Assembly: GCF_032191835.1 (NCBI RefSeq)
Contig: NC_083228.1
Coordinates: forward strand, 44,516,001 to 44,580,000
DNA from: Heteronotia binoei
Taxonomy: Eukaryota
Reading direction: 5' to 3'
Length of the DNA stretch: 64,000 nucleotides
The notes below the pieces were generated by a model, which worked only from the letters and a program-made list of their open reading frames with translations, was not told where the DNA came from and did not search any database. Numbering within the stretch: the first letter of the stretch is position 1; every line of letters begins with the position of its first letter. Positions 13,099 through 23,745 of the stretch are shown one piece after another. The position numbers and the translations under genes were made by a program.

Positions 13099-13182
13099 GG
13101 AGTCAAGTAGCACCTTTAAGACCAACAAAGTTTTATTCAGAATGTAAGCTTTCGTGTGCTAGAAGCACACTTCATCAGACAG
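13099..13182 (-). mobile_element. Penelope-like element terminal fragment with a hammerhead-ribozyme-like motif (13143-13181)
   Basis: The reverse strand reads UGU-CUGAUGA-A-GUGUGCU-UCU-AGCACAC-GAAA-GCUU-ACA, followed by the AATAAAACTTTGTTGGTCTTAAAGGTGCTAC terminus repeated in this window. The Penelope assignment is from family knowledge. Confidence 0.7.
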
Positions 13183-13229
13183 TAGGATGGAATGGCAAGC
13201 AGTCCTTAAGGAACGTATGCTGGAAACTG

Positions 13230-14260
13230 GAGGAAACATCCCATAAAATGGCCTGCGGCTGATAACGGGTTAAGGTCTCAGGCACTCACGCCGATAAACA
13301 AAGTTTCCTAACAATGCAGGAAGCAATATCGAAACTTCAGTCTCCAATGGCACGTAAAGATTAACGAGGTGGTAAGAGGCGGGCCCCTACTCCGCCCCCC
13401 GCCTCTCATCCAATTATGGGAAGCCTCAGCCATACCCAGTGTCCAATGCAAAGCAAGTTTTGTTTTTGCCGACCTCTTCAGCCAACCAGGAGCTTGCAGT
13501 CAAGCGTATGGCTCGGGTTTCTATCGCTGTGTATTAAACTCCTGGTCCAAATTACTGCCGTGATTTAGCCCTAGAATAGGAGCAGCTCCCGCTTCTGAGG
13601 CACCGGATCCTTGCAAAACCGTCCAGCGAGCCGCTGTTGGCTGTCAGCAAAGCACTGCTCTTCGCATTCTGCAGCCTGATCGATGCTCGCTCTGTTTCTT
13701 GCGCGGCGCTCTCGTGCTCTCTCATTCCGGCTGCAAAGGTTGCCAGGGTAAGAGAAAGGGGCGTGGTGCAAGCGGAATTAGCAACCAGTCAGGGCGCTTC
13801 GTTCTCTGCTGACGTCACAATGCTTCGCGAGCTTTAGAACCTGCAGCAGCAGCAGCAATAACAATAACAGACGGGCTCGCTCCCGGGGGCCGATCAGCTA
13901 GGCGTGAGTGAGTCGGAGCCAGCGGGAGGCACAGGCGGCAGCTGCTACTGTCAGCCGCGGCGGAGGAGAGAGAAGAAGCCGAGCAAGCCAAGAGGGACTC
14001 CAAAACAGAAACGCTTCTTCTCGGAAGCGATGTCATCGAGCGAGGCACCCGGGGTGCAAGAGGAGAATTTGCAGGGTAAGGGACCGTCATCATTCTGATG
14101 GGTAGAAATGGTCTCTTTCTTTATCGGACCTGTATTGCAGGACTGCTTGTGAGATGAATTTGCGTTTACCTTGGCCGATCGGCAACTGGGACTCGAGATC
14201 GCTTTGTTTTAAGCGCCTGAGGTCTTCCTAATCTAGGTTCTGTTATTATACATTCTCTAA
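13230..14260 (+). promoter_or_regulatory. BNIP3 CpG-island promoter and first exon region
   Basis: Local CpG enrichment against a CpG-poor background. Motifs: TACGTGC (HIF-type HRE, - strand) at 13350-13356, a GC box near 13390-13400, CCAAT at about 13344/13410/13444, GGGGCGTGG at 13758-13766 and the CRE palindrome TGACGTCA at 13810-13817. Confidence 0.8.
14030..14075 (+). CDS. BNIP3: BNIP3 coding exon 1 (MSSSEAPGVQEENLQG), 46 nt
   Basis: ATG at 14030 and GTAAG donor at 14076. The peptide resembles the human BNIP3 N-terminus MSQNGAPGMQEESLQG (recalled) and lies in a CpG island. Confidence 0.95.
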
Positions 14261-15924
14261 CATTGCTGGAGAAACGGCAGTGGCAGAAACTGAGTGGCAA
14301 GAGATCCGATTCCACTGTCTTAGATACTCACTGCTCATCTGCAAACATTGTAGGCCCTCATTGGGCTATTAATAGCCTGGGTTTTCTAGAAATTGGAGAA
14401 ACGTGGATTTCTCCCCCCCTCCCCTTCCACCGATGGAGTAACATTATTGGCAACCGAAGCTCCAGAATGGATTTTTAAAAACTTGTCTGGTGGATCCAGG
14501 GTACAGTTAGTGCCGTTCTCATAGTCACTTGTGTTCCCCATCTGTTCTCATTATACCTTTTGCCTATGTGAGTCATAAGGACTTGTGCAACAGTTCTGGT
14601 GGTAAACAATAACCCTTGTAACTGTCACGGGATTTAGAATTGGTATGTACCGAAAGCTTAGAAAGCAGACTGCAACATAAAAAGGGGACTTTCCTCATTG
14701 ACTTAGTGAGAAGAAGATAGGGTCTTCACAACTGAATAAACTGTGGTATCTAGTGCTGTGGTTTCGACCAGTCTTGTCTGTCAACTTCAGGCTGGCTGTG
14801 CTGTGAGCAATTCAGATTTGTTTCTAGTATGCCCTCATAAGCAAAATGTTGATTTTGGCACTGAACTTGAAAGCACTTTAATTACCCAACCTTTTGATGT
14901 TGTCAAAACGTTAGTTTGATGTATGTTCAGTGAACATAGGCAGGCTGAAAGACACATAGAGATGTTGTATGCACACTAGGCTGTTTCATTCCCGTGTGAC
15001 CTGTCTGAAATGTAGAAAACACCCAAACCTTCCAGTCTGTATACTGTTTTGATTTTGATATCATATCTCACAGAGTTGTGTTTGGATTATCATTTCACTC
15101 ACTGAATATAACATAAAAGATTCTCAAAGTAAAATTTAAGGGAAGTGAAACTGTTGCAGTTAATCTTGTGGTTATAATGCAGAACTTGGGAAATCTATTG
15201 CATCATTTGCCACACTCCAAAGATCTCATATTAGATGCATATTTGTATTTGCTAGCTGCATCACCTGAATGCAGATCTCTTGAGGTCTAGAAGAATTCTT
15301 TCTGGATGGAAATGCAGAGGACTTGGGAAATGCACTTAACTCTGTTGTTTATATTATTTGCCACTCTCTCATCCAGTCGGACTTCTAGCTGGTCTGCTTT
15401 TTTCTTTTGTGGCAAGACCACTGTGCCTTTAAATATCTGGAAGAAATAGGAAGATACTGAACTGGGGAACATTGTATTTCCAGAATTGCTGCTTGTCCTT
15501 TGTGAATGTGTGTGTGTGGGGGGGGAAAGTGATAGGGAAACTGACAGCCCTCTCCCGCTGCCTGTTTGTGAATAACCTTCCTTTCCATTGTTTTGCAAGA
15601 GCTATTTCATAACTCATGTTGATTTTATTTTTCAAAGGGACACAGAGGGACTGTTTGTCCCCAGAGATATTTATGCATTGTTGGATAACATATGTAATCT
15701 ATACACTGTGTATTACCTTGAACCTAGTAACGGTTTTAAAATGTTTCTGGCTCTCAGTGTAGTTGCCTGCCTTTCCTTTCTTTGCTATTCTCCTCTCCTT
15801 GCTTACCCTCCTCCGTTTTCTTCTTCTGCTAAGCATCCTGGGAACTGTAGTTCCAAGTGCTGAGCCACAGAAACAGAGAAGGAGCAGCCTTGTAAAAAAG
15901 CTCGTTTGGGCAAAAAACATGCAC

Positions 15925-16100
15925 CCAGGGGCCGTTTTGTAGAAAAAAAGTTGCAGGAGCTCAGTAGGACATCTCATTTGCATATGCCCTGGGATCTGTG
16001 TGCAGCAGGGAGAGAACTCCTGTCCCCACTGCATGCAGACCCTGGCTGGAGGTTCAGGAGCTGTGCTCCTGTGAGCTCCTGCTGAATTCAAGCCCTGCAT
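15925..16100. mobile_element. Non-autonomous DNA-transposon-like repeat with CAGGGC-type TIRs
   Basis: Ends ...GAGCTCCTGCTGAATTCAAGCCCTG. The inverse terminus CAGGTCTTGAATTCAGGAGCTC starts a related copy at about 42290-42635; a further partial copy lies near 8010-8200. Confidence 0.6.
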
Positions 16101-17579
16101 GCACCTTAACTAGCAAATGGGCTGCTTTATTAAGGAAGCTTGTTCTTGATTAAGATATAAAGTCTCAAGAGATACAAAAAGAAACATCCCCCCCCCATTT
16201 AATTTGAAACAGTAACAGCTTGTGGTAGGAATGTCTGTTTTGGAGAGTATGGTAAGTTCAGTACTTAGCACTGTTCTTTTCTTCTCCCACAGAAATGAAG
16301 AGGCAATTACTCACTTGCATTCATTCAATTAGACATTATTATAAACTTCTCATTGCCTGTTGCCTCCCAGTCAAGCATTGCTAAGGGCTGAACATCAACC
16401 TGGTTGCAAAATTAATCATGTCACTAGAAGAGACTTCACACTCTCCACTGTCCTTTGGGTCAAAGCTTCTTATGCTGTCACTTATGGATGTGGATATATG
16501 TGGCATCCAAAACAAATTGTGTGAAGCTGGCTAGGGCTTGTGGTGTTTAAAACAGGGGTGGGGGGAGGAATTGAAAAAGTTTCCCCACAAGGCAGTCCCT
16601 TCATCTTTGGAATACTGAGTGTACTGTTGTGGATCACTTTTCCCTCCTGTTTCTTTCCTTTGTGGGGGGGGGGGGGAGAAAGAAAGCCAGGTAGGCTACT
16701 GTATTAGACCTACACTGCATTTTGGCTAGAATGAGTAGGATAAAACTTGCAAGTACGTGGGTTGCTTTCTTTTAATTAGATGATTTATAAACAGCTCAAG
16801 TGACAAGTGGTTGTTGCAGTTTGCATTGTTTTGTCCCTTGCTGGCAGCTGTTACATTGGAGCACACAGACTCATTGATCCCGAGGCCAAAAGGGAATCTG
16901 GATTTGGTTGTACAACTGCTGACTTGTTCTGTGATTTAATCTGCATAGATATGCTCTGGACTGCAGCAGTTATCTCCCTCTCCCCCTGAACAGTAAAAAC
17001 AGACCAGAAATCAAAAACTGAATGATAAGTAGCTAGTGCATTGGTGCTACAAGATAAGGTAATTCAGAACTCCCAAATCTGTGAAAAAATTAAGAGGTGA
17101 GATTGTCACAAGCATTTTTATATAGAAGCACCCTCATATGTTAGAAAGAAGCCACATGTAGGGTCATTGCATGAAAATCTACAAGAGTTTCTTATATATC
17201 TTCTATCTGTGAGTGTTTTCCCTCTATAGGAATGTTGTAATGTGTGAAAGAGTCTTGAATGTCAGGGTGATGACTGTAGTTGATATTTTGCGGTAGTCTG
17301 GCTGGGCAATTGTATTCCGATATCTGCATTGAGATGAATATGTGTTAACCAGGCTTAAAAGGACACATCATTACAGTTTCCCTTTGGGGCAGAGTTTTAT
17401 TATTAACTTGCAATAAGCAGTGTCCTCTGCCTGTTCCCTTCGTGGAATGCAAGAAGGAAGCTGTTTAGGCAGGCTTGAAAAGAGAGTGTCAAGCAAATGG
17501 ATGTGTTTGCCTTTTTAATACCTGGTTTTGCCTTTTCTCCTCATCCTTCTTTTGGTCCCCCTGAAACCCATGCAAGCAG

Positions 17580-17757
17580 GTTCCTGGGTGGAGCTCCACT
17601 TCAGCAGCAACGGGAATGGTAACACGGCTCCGCCAGCCAGCCAGGAGCAAGCCCCAGCTTCAATTTCCATTTACAATGGTGACATGGAGAAAATACTTCT
17701 TGATGCCCAGCATGAATCTGGAAGAAGCAGTTCACGAGAGAGCTCACACTGTGACAG
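17580..17757 (+). CDS. BNIP3: BNIP3 coding exon 2, containing the LIR motif SWVEL and [14 protein letters not shown], 178 nt
   Basis: CAG acceptor at 17577-17579 and GT donor at 17758. Phase-compatible with exon 1. The ORF track 17528..17782 carries the BNIP3 signature peptide. Confidence 0.97.
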
Positions 17758-18848
17758 GTACCTACCCCAACAGAGACATTAGATTTTTTCAATTCACTTT
17801 ATTGTTGGTATTGTACAGTATTAGAGTTTGACAAACTAGTCAGGTGATGCAGTTGGCCCTTTTAAAATCAACATGCCTTCCTTTTATCAGAACCAGAACC
17901 ATCTAATTACTCTACACAACACATGCCCCTCACCAGCTTCATTCCTAGTTCATGTCAGGTACATTTTGAAACCTGGCTGGAACTGGTGATAGAAGTGAGC
18001 AAAGTTTATTCCCTGCACACTCCTCTCAGAACAGAATTCCTTTCTAGCCTAGTGTTGGTTCCCAGTGATCTACTACCTTTGAAAATAAGCAGGTGTAGAC
18101 TTGGTCAGTGTCTAAAAGGAAGAATCCAGCGTAAGCTGCTCTAAGCCTTCTAAAAGATAAACAGAGTCCATGTATAACGTGTATTATAATGTCCCAAGTG
18201 AATGTGTGGTAATGAGGCCTCCAGTAGTGACTGACACCATGGCAGTTGGATTGTCAGTCAGAACAGACTTTGTCACTGGCTCTGCCACTCATCTCCTGAA
18301 GATAGCCCTAAAGGAGGCCGCATCAAACAGAAGAGTCCAGAAAGAAGATTTCGGAAAGGAACAGAAACATCAAAGTAGTAAAGTGAAAAATAATCAGCCA
18401 GATTTTGGGGTTGCAGGAACAAGAAATTTCACATACTGAACACAGTTCCTAGCTTCCTGATTGCTTAGCTTTTAAATCCCATTAACTTTACTTCATTAAA
18501 TAGATGTGGACCAGGACTAATGAACTTTGGTGTCCCATCAAAAGCAGCTCTGTACAGTGGAATGGGTAGATGCTTAACCAACCTACAAACCAGATTCTGG
18601 GTTTGAAGAATGGAAACGAAGTCAGTGTTGCAATTAAAAGTGCAACTGTAGCTTCAGCGCAGTGAGTGCTCTTGACCCATCACTCCTCTGCATCAGAGAG
18701 TGTGATGTGACTGCTTTATTCATGCATGTGGAGGGAATTCTTCCAAAATGTTTTGAGAACAGGATTCTTTGCCTAATATTGCAGTATATCACTACAGATA
18801 ATCTTCCTTAACATTTTTGGTTAACTCATTCTGTCTTTCTTCACAAAG

Positions 18849-18933
18849 CCCTCCTCGTTCTCAAACGCCTCAGGACATTCTCAGAGCTTCTGAGGTAGAG
18901 AGTCGTGGCAGTGGAGAAAAGAATAGTTCTCAG
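18849..18933 (+). CDS. BNIP3: BNIP3 coding exon 3 (SPPRSQTPQDILRASEVESRGSGEKNSSQ), 85 nt
   Basis: AG at 18847-18848 and GT at 18934. SPPRSQTPQD...GEKNSSQ matches BNIP3 rather than BNIP3L. Confidence 0.96.
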
Positions 18934-19082
18934 GTAAAAGTTACCATTATTATTTTATCCAGAGCAAAATGCATGTTTGTATCTCCAGATGTCTTCCCTT
19001 AAGGAAGCACTTCTGTTAAGAGGAATCACGTAAGCACAAGACATTGAGTTTATAGTAGTTCAGATCATTTGGCCCTTTTAGT

Positions 19083-19230
19083 GTTGCCTAATCTGACTGG
19101 TAGCAGTTCTCCAGGGCTTCCGAAACAAGAGGACTTCCCCATCTCCTGCTAGCTGGAGATGTTGAGGGACTGAACCCAGGACCTTGCGGTTGCTTGTCCT
19201 CTGACAGTGAACTGCAGCCCCTTCTGCAGT
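19083..19230 (-). mobile_element. Degenerate copy of the tRNA/CR1-tail SINE family in BNIP3 intron 3
   Basis: GACTGGTAGCAGTTCTCCAGG...GGAGATG...GACTGAACCCAGGACCTT similar to 42100-42200. Confidence 0.55.
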
Positions 19231-20530
19231 CCACCTGCTGCTTTTCATAGCAATTTCCTTAGCTGATGGGCTTGTTTGAACTTGGAGGGCTCCTCAGAAT
19301 GTCACAGATAACTATTTGATAGTGCTTGTATTTGAGGAGGGTTGAAATCCATGCCTCTGCCATATTGTGATCCTTTTAGAAAGGTTTTTTTTTTTTAATT
19401 ATTTCAAAGCTGTGTGCTCCCTACATTTCAGCATTTATAGTACTTGAAAAGGGTGAAACTTCTAGCACTGGAGAGTTTGCTGGTTTTTAAAAATATTGTC
19501 CAGATAAGACCTAATACTTTCAGGAGTGTCTGAGAAAACTGGGAAGATGAGTGCATTTCAAGAAAAGATTGGTTTTAGAGAGCAACCCTGAACAAGCCCT
19601 CAAAGAATCTTGTGCAGATGTGTTTATTGAGGATGAGTTTGAGGAAGTTGTTCTTGGGATCAAACCGTGAATAATTTAATTCTTAGAACTCCGCAAGCAG
19701 AGCAGTTACTCAGACTGATGATGTTGCTGAATGCTCTGCTGACTCATGAGTGCCATTTCAGCCTTGGGCTCTCTGATGTCCTCCAAGAGGTTGAGATATT
19801 CAGTAGCTGCTCCAGGTCCCCACCCAGTGGTGCCCCACTCTCTCAAGCCCACCTGACTCCTGGTGAGGTTCCTCACTTCTCTGTGGATCCTGCCACTAAG
19901 ATGGCCAGCATTCCTAGCACTCTTTCCATGTTGCCGTGTACAGGCTCCACCTACTGCACCTCTTGCTTTCACTCTGACTAGCCTTTGCAGGGATGGCTTA
20001 CCGCACTTACGCACTCCAAAGGATATGGTGATCTGTTGACCAACTACCACCCTTTCCCTGGTGTCCTTTTAGTTTAGTTTAGTTTCATTGGGGCTTAGCA
20101 TAGTTACAAAGAATGAACTTGTAGCATTAAAAATAATAATTATAGGAAATGTATTAAAAAGAAAATGTCCATACTCCGATCATACACATACCATGTGCAG
20201 CAATGGATTGAGCAAGATTACAAAGTAATAGCACACACTTGCAGTCCATTGGTCTTCCACTGACATAATCTGACTGTTGTTATTCTGGGGCAGGCTCTTT
20301 ATTTCTAAAGCCACAATGTTCTGTTGGTCATCCCTTATCTTGAGGTTTTGTGTGGGCTGCCCAGGTATGAGAACTTCTTCCTCTAAATTATCACCAGAAT
20401 AGACTTCTTAAAATGGACTTTGTTTCCTTTGTGTCAGAATTTGTCTCCAATGGTTGCTACCCCCTGTGGGTGAATCCTTCTTTTCCTATCCTCCCCAGCA
20501 AGAGAAACTATCCTTTGTGGATGATTCTGA

Positions 20531-20797
20531 GAGCCAGTTTGGTGTAGTGGTTAAGTGCATAGATTCTTATCCGGGAGAACTGTGTTTAATTCCCCACTCC
20601 TCCACATGCACCTGCTGACGTGACCTTGAGTCAGCCACAAATTCTCACAGAGCTGTTCCTCTCCTGAGCAGTTTCTGTTAGAACTCTCAGCTCCAGGGTG
20701 TCTGTGCGGGGAGGGGAAGGGAAAGGAGATTGTAAGCCGCTCTGAGACTTCTTTGGGTAGTGAAGGGCATAGTATAAATCCAATCTTCTTTTTCTTC
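20531..20797 (+). mobile_element. tRNA/CORE SINE with L2-like tail (Squam3-type)
   Basis: A box TGGTGTAGTGG, B-box-like TGTTTAATTCC, and tail GTAAGCCGCTCTGAGAC shared with the L2 3' end. Homologous to copies at 52385, 54922 and 60245. Confidence 0.8.
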
Positions 20798-22390
20798 GTC
20801 TGGCAACCCTAAGTCTCTGTCACCTCCTAGGTATCACATTCTTGCCAGTGAGTGAGATAGCCCCTTCATTGTTCTCTGCTAGCTAGAAATATTTGCACAA
20901 CCAAGTCTTACGTAACTGAGTGTTTGTGAGAGCCAACAATGGGATGGGTTTGCTTGAGAGCAATAAACCATTTTTTTTTGTTTTGTCATTGTATGAAACT
21001 TCTTAAAATGAATATTTTGTAGCCCCCAAATTCTCAATAATGTAATGTAGCCACAAAGCAGAGTACATTTCTCTAGAAATGAAATTGTCTGTAGATTGAC
21101 ATGTTTTGTCAGATGGGATGGGTGCAAAATGATTGGACTACTGCTAAACCAATGAAATTCAATACAATCCATAGCTAAGGATCAGTTGTCATTTTAATCT
21201 TTTGTGCTTGGGCAAATTTATAAAATACAAGTGTGCCCTATTAAATGTGCAAAATTGGACACTTGACTTCAAAATGGAAATGATGGTGATGAAGGATTGC
21301 ATTTACACAATAATAAACTAAACCTGCTAGGCTGGATTCTGTGAATCATAAACAGAAAGCAATTGTGGATCTGTCCCACTTTCTGTTTCCACAGCAGCCT
21401 AATATCCCTGACAAGCTGATGCTGGGAAGCCCAGGAGTCCCATGAACAAAACATCATGGGAATAGGGCACCACTATTAAGAAGGGAATTCAGCAACTTTC
21501 TTCCCATTTCCCTCTTGCACTGATGGAGCCCCTTGCATCATTAGGAAGTGTCATCTGATTCCACTCTTCACAGAAGTTCCCTGTGCACTATCATATTTTG
21601 TTTTTGAGCTCCCATAACTCTGATGTCACCATTTTGGAGACCTCAGAAGACTGCTTGGGGGAAGGGTGGGATGAGAAAGTTCCACGGTGTGATCTGTAGG
21701 ATCCAACCTGTCTGCAATGCAGATAGGAGTTATTTATCTGATCCGCAGCTTACCATGCAGATGCAGCATTAAACAGATTTCAGTCTCATTTAGAATACCA
21801 CTGGTTTATCCAGATAGGGCTGCTGAGACTCATCACAGGTCCACAGATGAAGATTACTGCTGGCAGCCCCTTCTTGCACATTTAAAAGATCATTGGCGAG
21901 GGAACTCACCAATCCACATATGGGGGGAAGTTTTTAAGGACTTGGTAACTGTTTACTTCAACAGTCACTTAACTGAAAAACATAGCTAGTAATCATTTGT
22001 TCTTGGAGAGCACTTTCAAGTCAAGCAAATGTTAAAATGAGGGATTATGAATTCCTAGAAGGGCTTCTAGTTGTTGAAGCTCAGCTGTTGCAGACAGCAT
22101 CCTGGTGGGAACATGAGAACAAAATGAGACAGGTTGGTTTCCTGGTTTCTTGCTTTCCCCTTGTGCAACTTTAGTCTGGGGAGTTTTGTACACTCAGTCT
22201 TCTCCTTGGTGGTCTTAGATCCAGAAACTGAATATTAGAAGTGTGGGATAAAGATTTTCCACTCTGGCACAATTTATGCTTGTCAGCCTGTGCCTTGGAT
22301 GCTGACATCCTGACTCCTTGAAGAGCAGTTTCTTGATCATGTTCTATCAGTACTTTTTATCTAATGATAGTTTTGGTGCCCTTCTCTTAG

Positions 22391-22497
22391 TCTGAAGAAG
22401 ATTTCCTGGAGAGAAGGAAAGAAGTCGAACGGCTTTTGAAGAAGAATTCCGACTGGATGTGGGATTGGTCCAGCAGGCCTGAGAACATTCCACCCAA
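22391..22497 (+). CDS. BNIP3: BNIP3 coding exon 4 ([36 protein letters not shown]), 107 nt
   Basis: TAG acceptor at 22388-22390 and GTGAG donor at 22498. Translated by hand; absent from the ORF track. Confidence 0.97.
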
Positions 22498-22610
22498 GTG
22501 AGTCATCTTACTGGGAACGATGCAAATTGGTTATGCAGATCTACTAGGTAATTGAATTGGTTTACACACATTTGCTAACACAGTTCTCTTTTCTTTTGAT
22601 GATGCACCAG

Positions 22611-22760
22611 GGAGTTTCTGTTTAAACACCCTAAGCGCACAGCTACCCTCAGCATGAGAAACACAAGTGTGATGAAGAAAGGAGGCATATTTTCTGCAGA
22701 ATTTTTGAAGGTCTTTCTACCATCTCTGCTGCTTTCTCATCTGCTTGCCATTGGGCTAGG
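22611..22760 (+). CDS. BNIP3: BNIP3 coding exon 5 ([50 protein letters not shown]), 150 nt, including most of the TM helix
   Basis: CAG acceptor at 22608-22610 and GTAAG donor at 22761. The peptide is essentially identical to recalled human BNIP3. Confidence 0.98.
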
Positions 22761-23745
22761 GTAAGAACTGATTCAATGAACAGATCAGAATTGTAAAACT
22801 AGAAGCACAACTGCAAAGTTTTAAGGCAAGATTCTCTTTATTTCTAATAATGCTCTTTACGCATATCAGCTATTTTACAGGTTGCGCCAAAAGAGAGTAA
22901 ATATGACAGAATACTGTGCATCATGTAAGAAAACAAGTATGTTGACTGTATATCTGCCATTACAAACAGTGAGCTGCCAGTAGCATTCCAAAACTGGATA
23001 TTATTCATAAATCTGAAATATATATAACACTAAGAAGGCTGTTGCTTCCATCAGTTCTCCAGACTTTAAACATTTCTATTCCATATACAGAAGGCTTGGA
23101 GAACATCTCCCAGGAGCTTTAAGTGGTCTGTAACTTAAAGAAAGGAAATAAGAAATAAATTGGCTGTTACCTTGGCACAGTAGATAGGAGGAAGTAGATG
23201 TAAAAGATCTAGGATCATATAACTGATTCAGTCTCCAGTTCAAAAGTAATATATTGCATTTGTAAAATAACTGTGAATGATTCTAATGAAAACAGCCCAT
23301 CAGGATCTGTTATGCACAAGTTCCATGAACTGGCCTATAAGACTCAAGAAACTGTTACAAAAATCTTTCCAGTGAAGTGAGAGATTATGTTGGCACTCAT
23401 TTTTAAATGAAATAAAGTAGAGCACATCGCTGTTCTGACAGCCACGAAGGGAAGAAACTTCATCTATAGTTGTTCCATTGGATCTACATCAGTAAGGAAT
23501 GTACTATACACAGGAGATCCTATCGACATGTAGTTTGGGGTAATGAAATCTTTTTAATGAACCCGTAGGCAGAGCATGTAAGATATGCAGTGCTCCACCA
23601 GGAGCATCAATTCTACTTTTCCTCTTATTTTTGTCAAGAGACCAATGGAATGCTAGTAGGAAGTGAAACATTTTATGTATGCATTATAATTGTTCCCCCT
23701 CCTCTGTCCATCTGAAATAATGCCCAGCTGGGATGCAAATTTCTG

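Noticed and set aside
16754-16759. Second TACGTG (HRE-like) in BNIP3 intron 1
   Set aside because: An isolated hexamer in CpG-poor DNA with no supporting motif cluster; cannot be distinguished from chance without conservation data.
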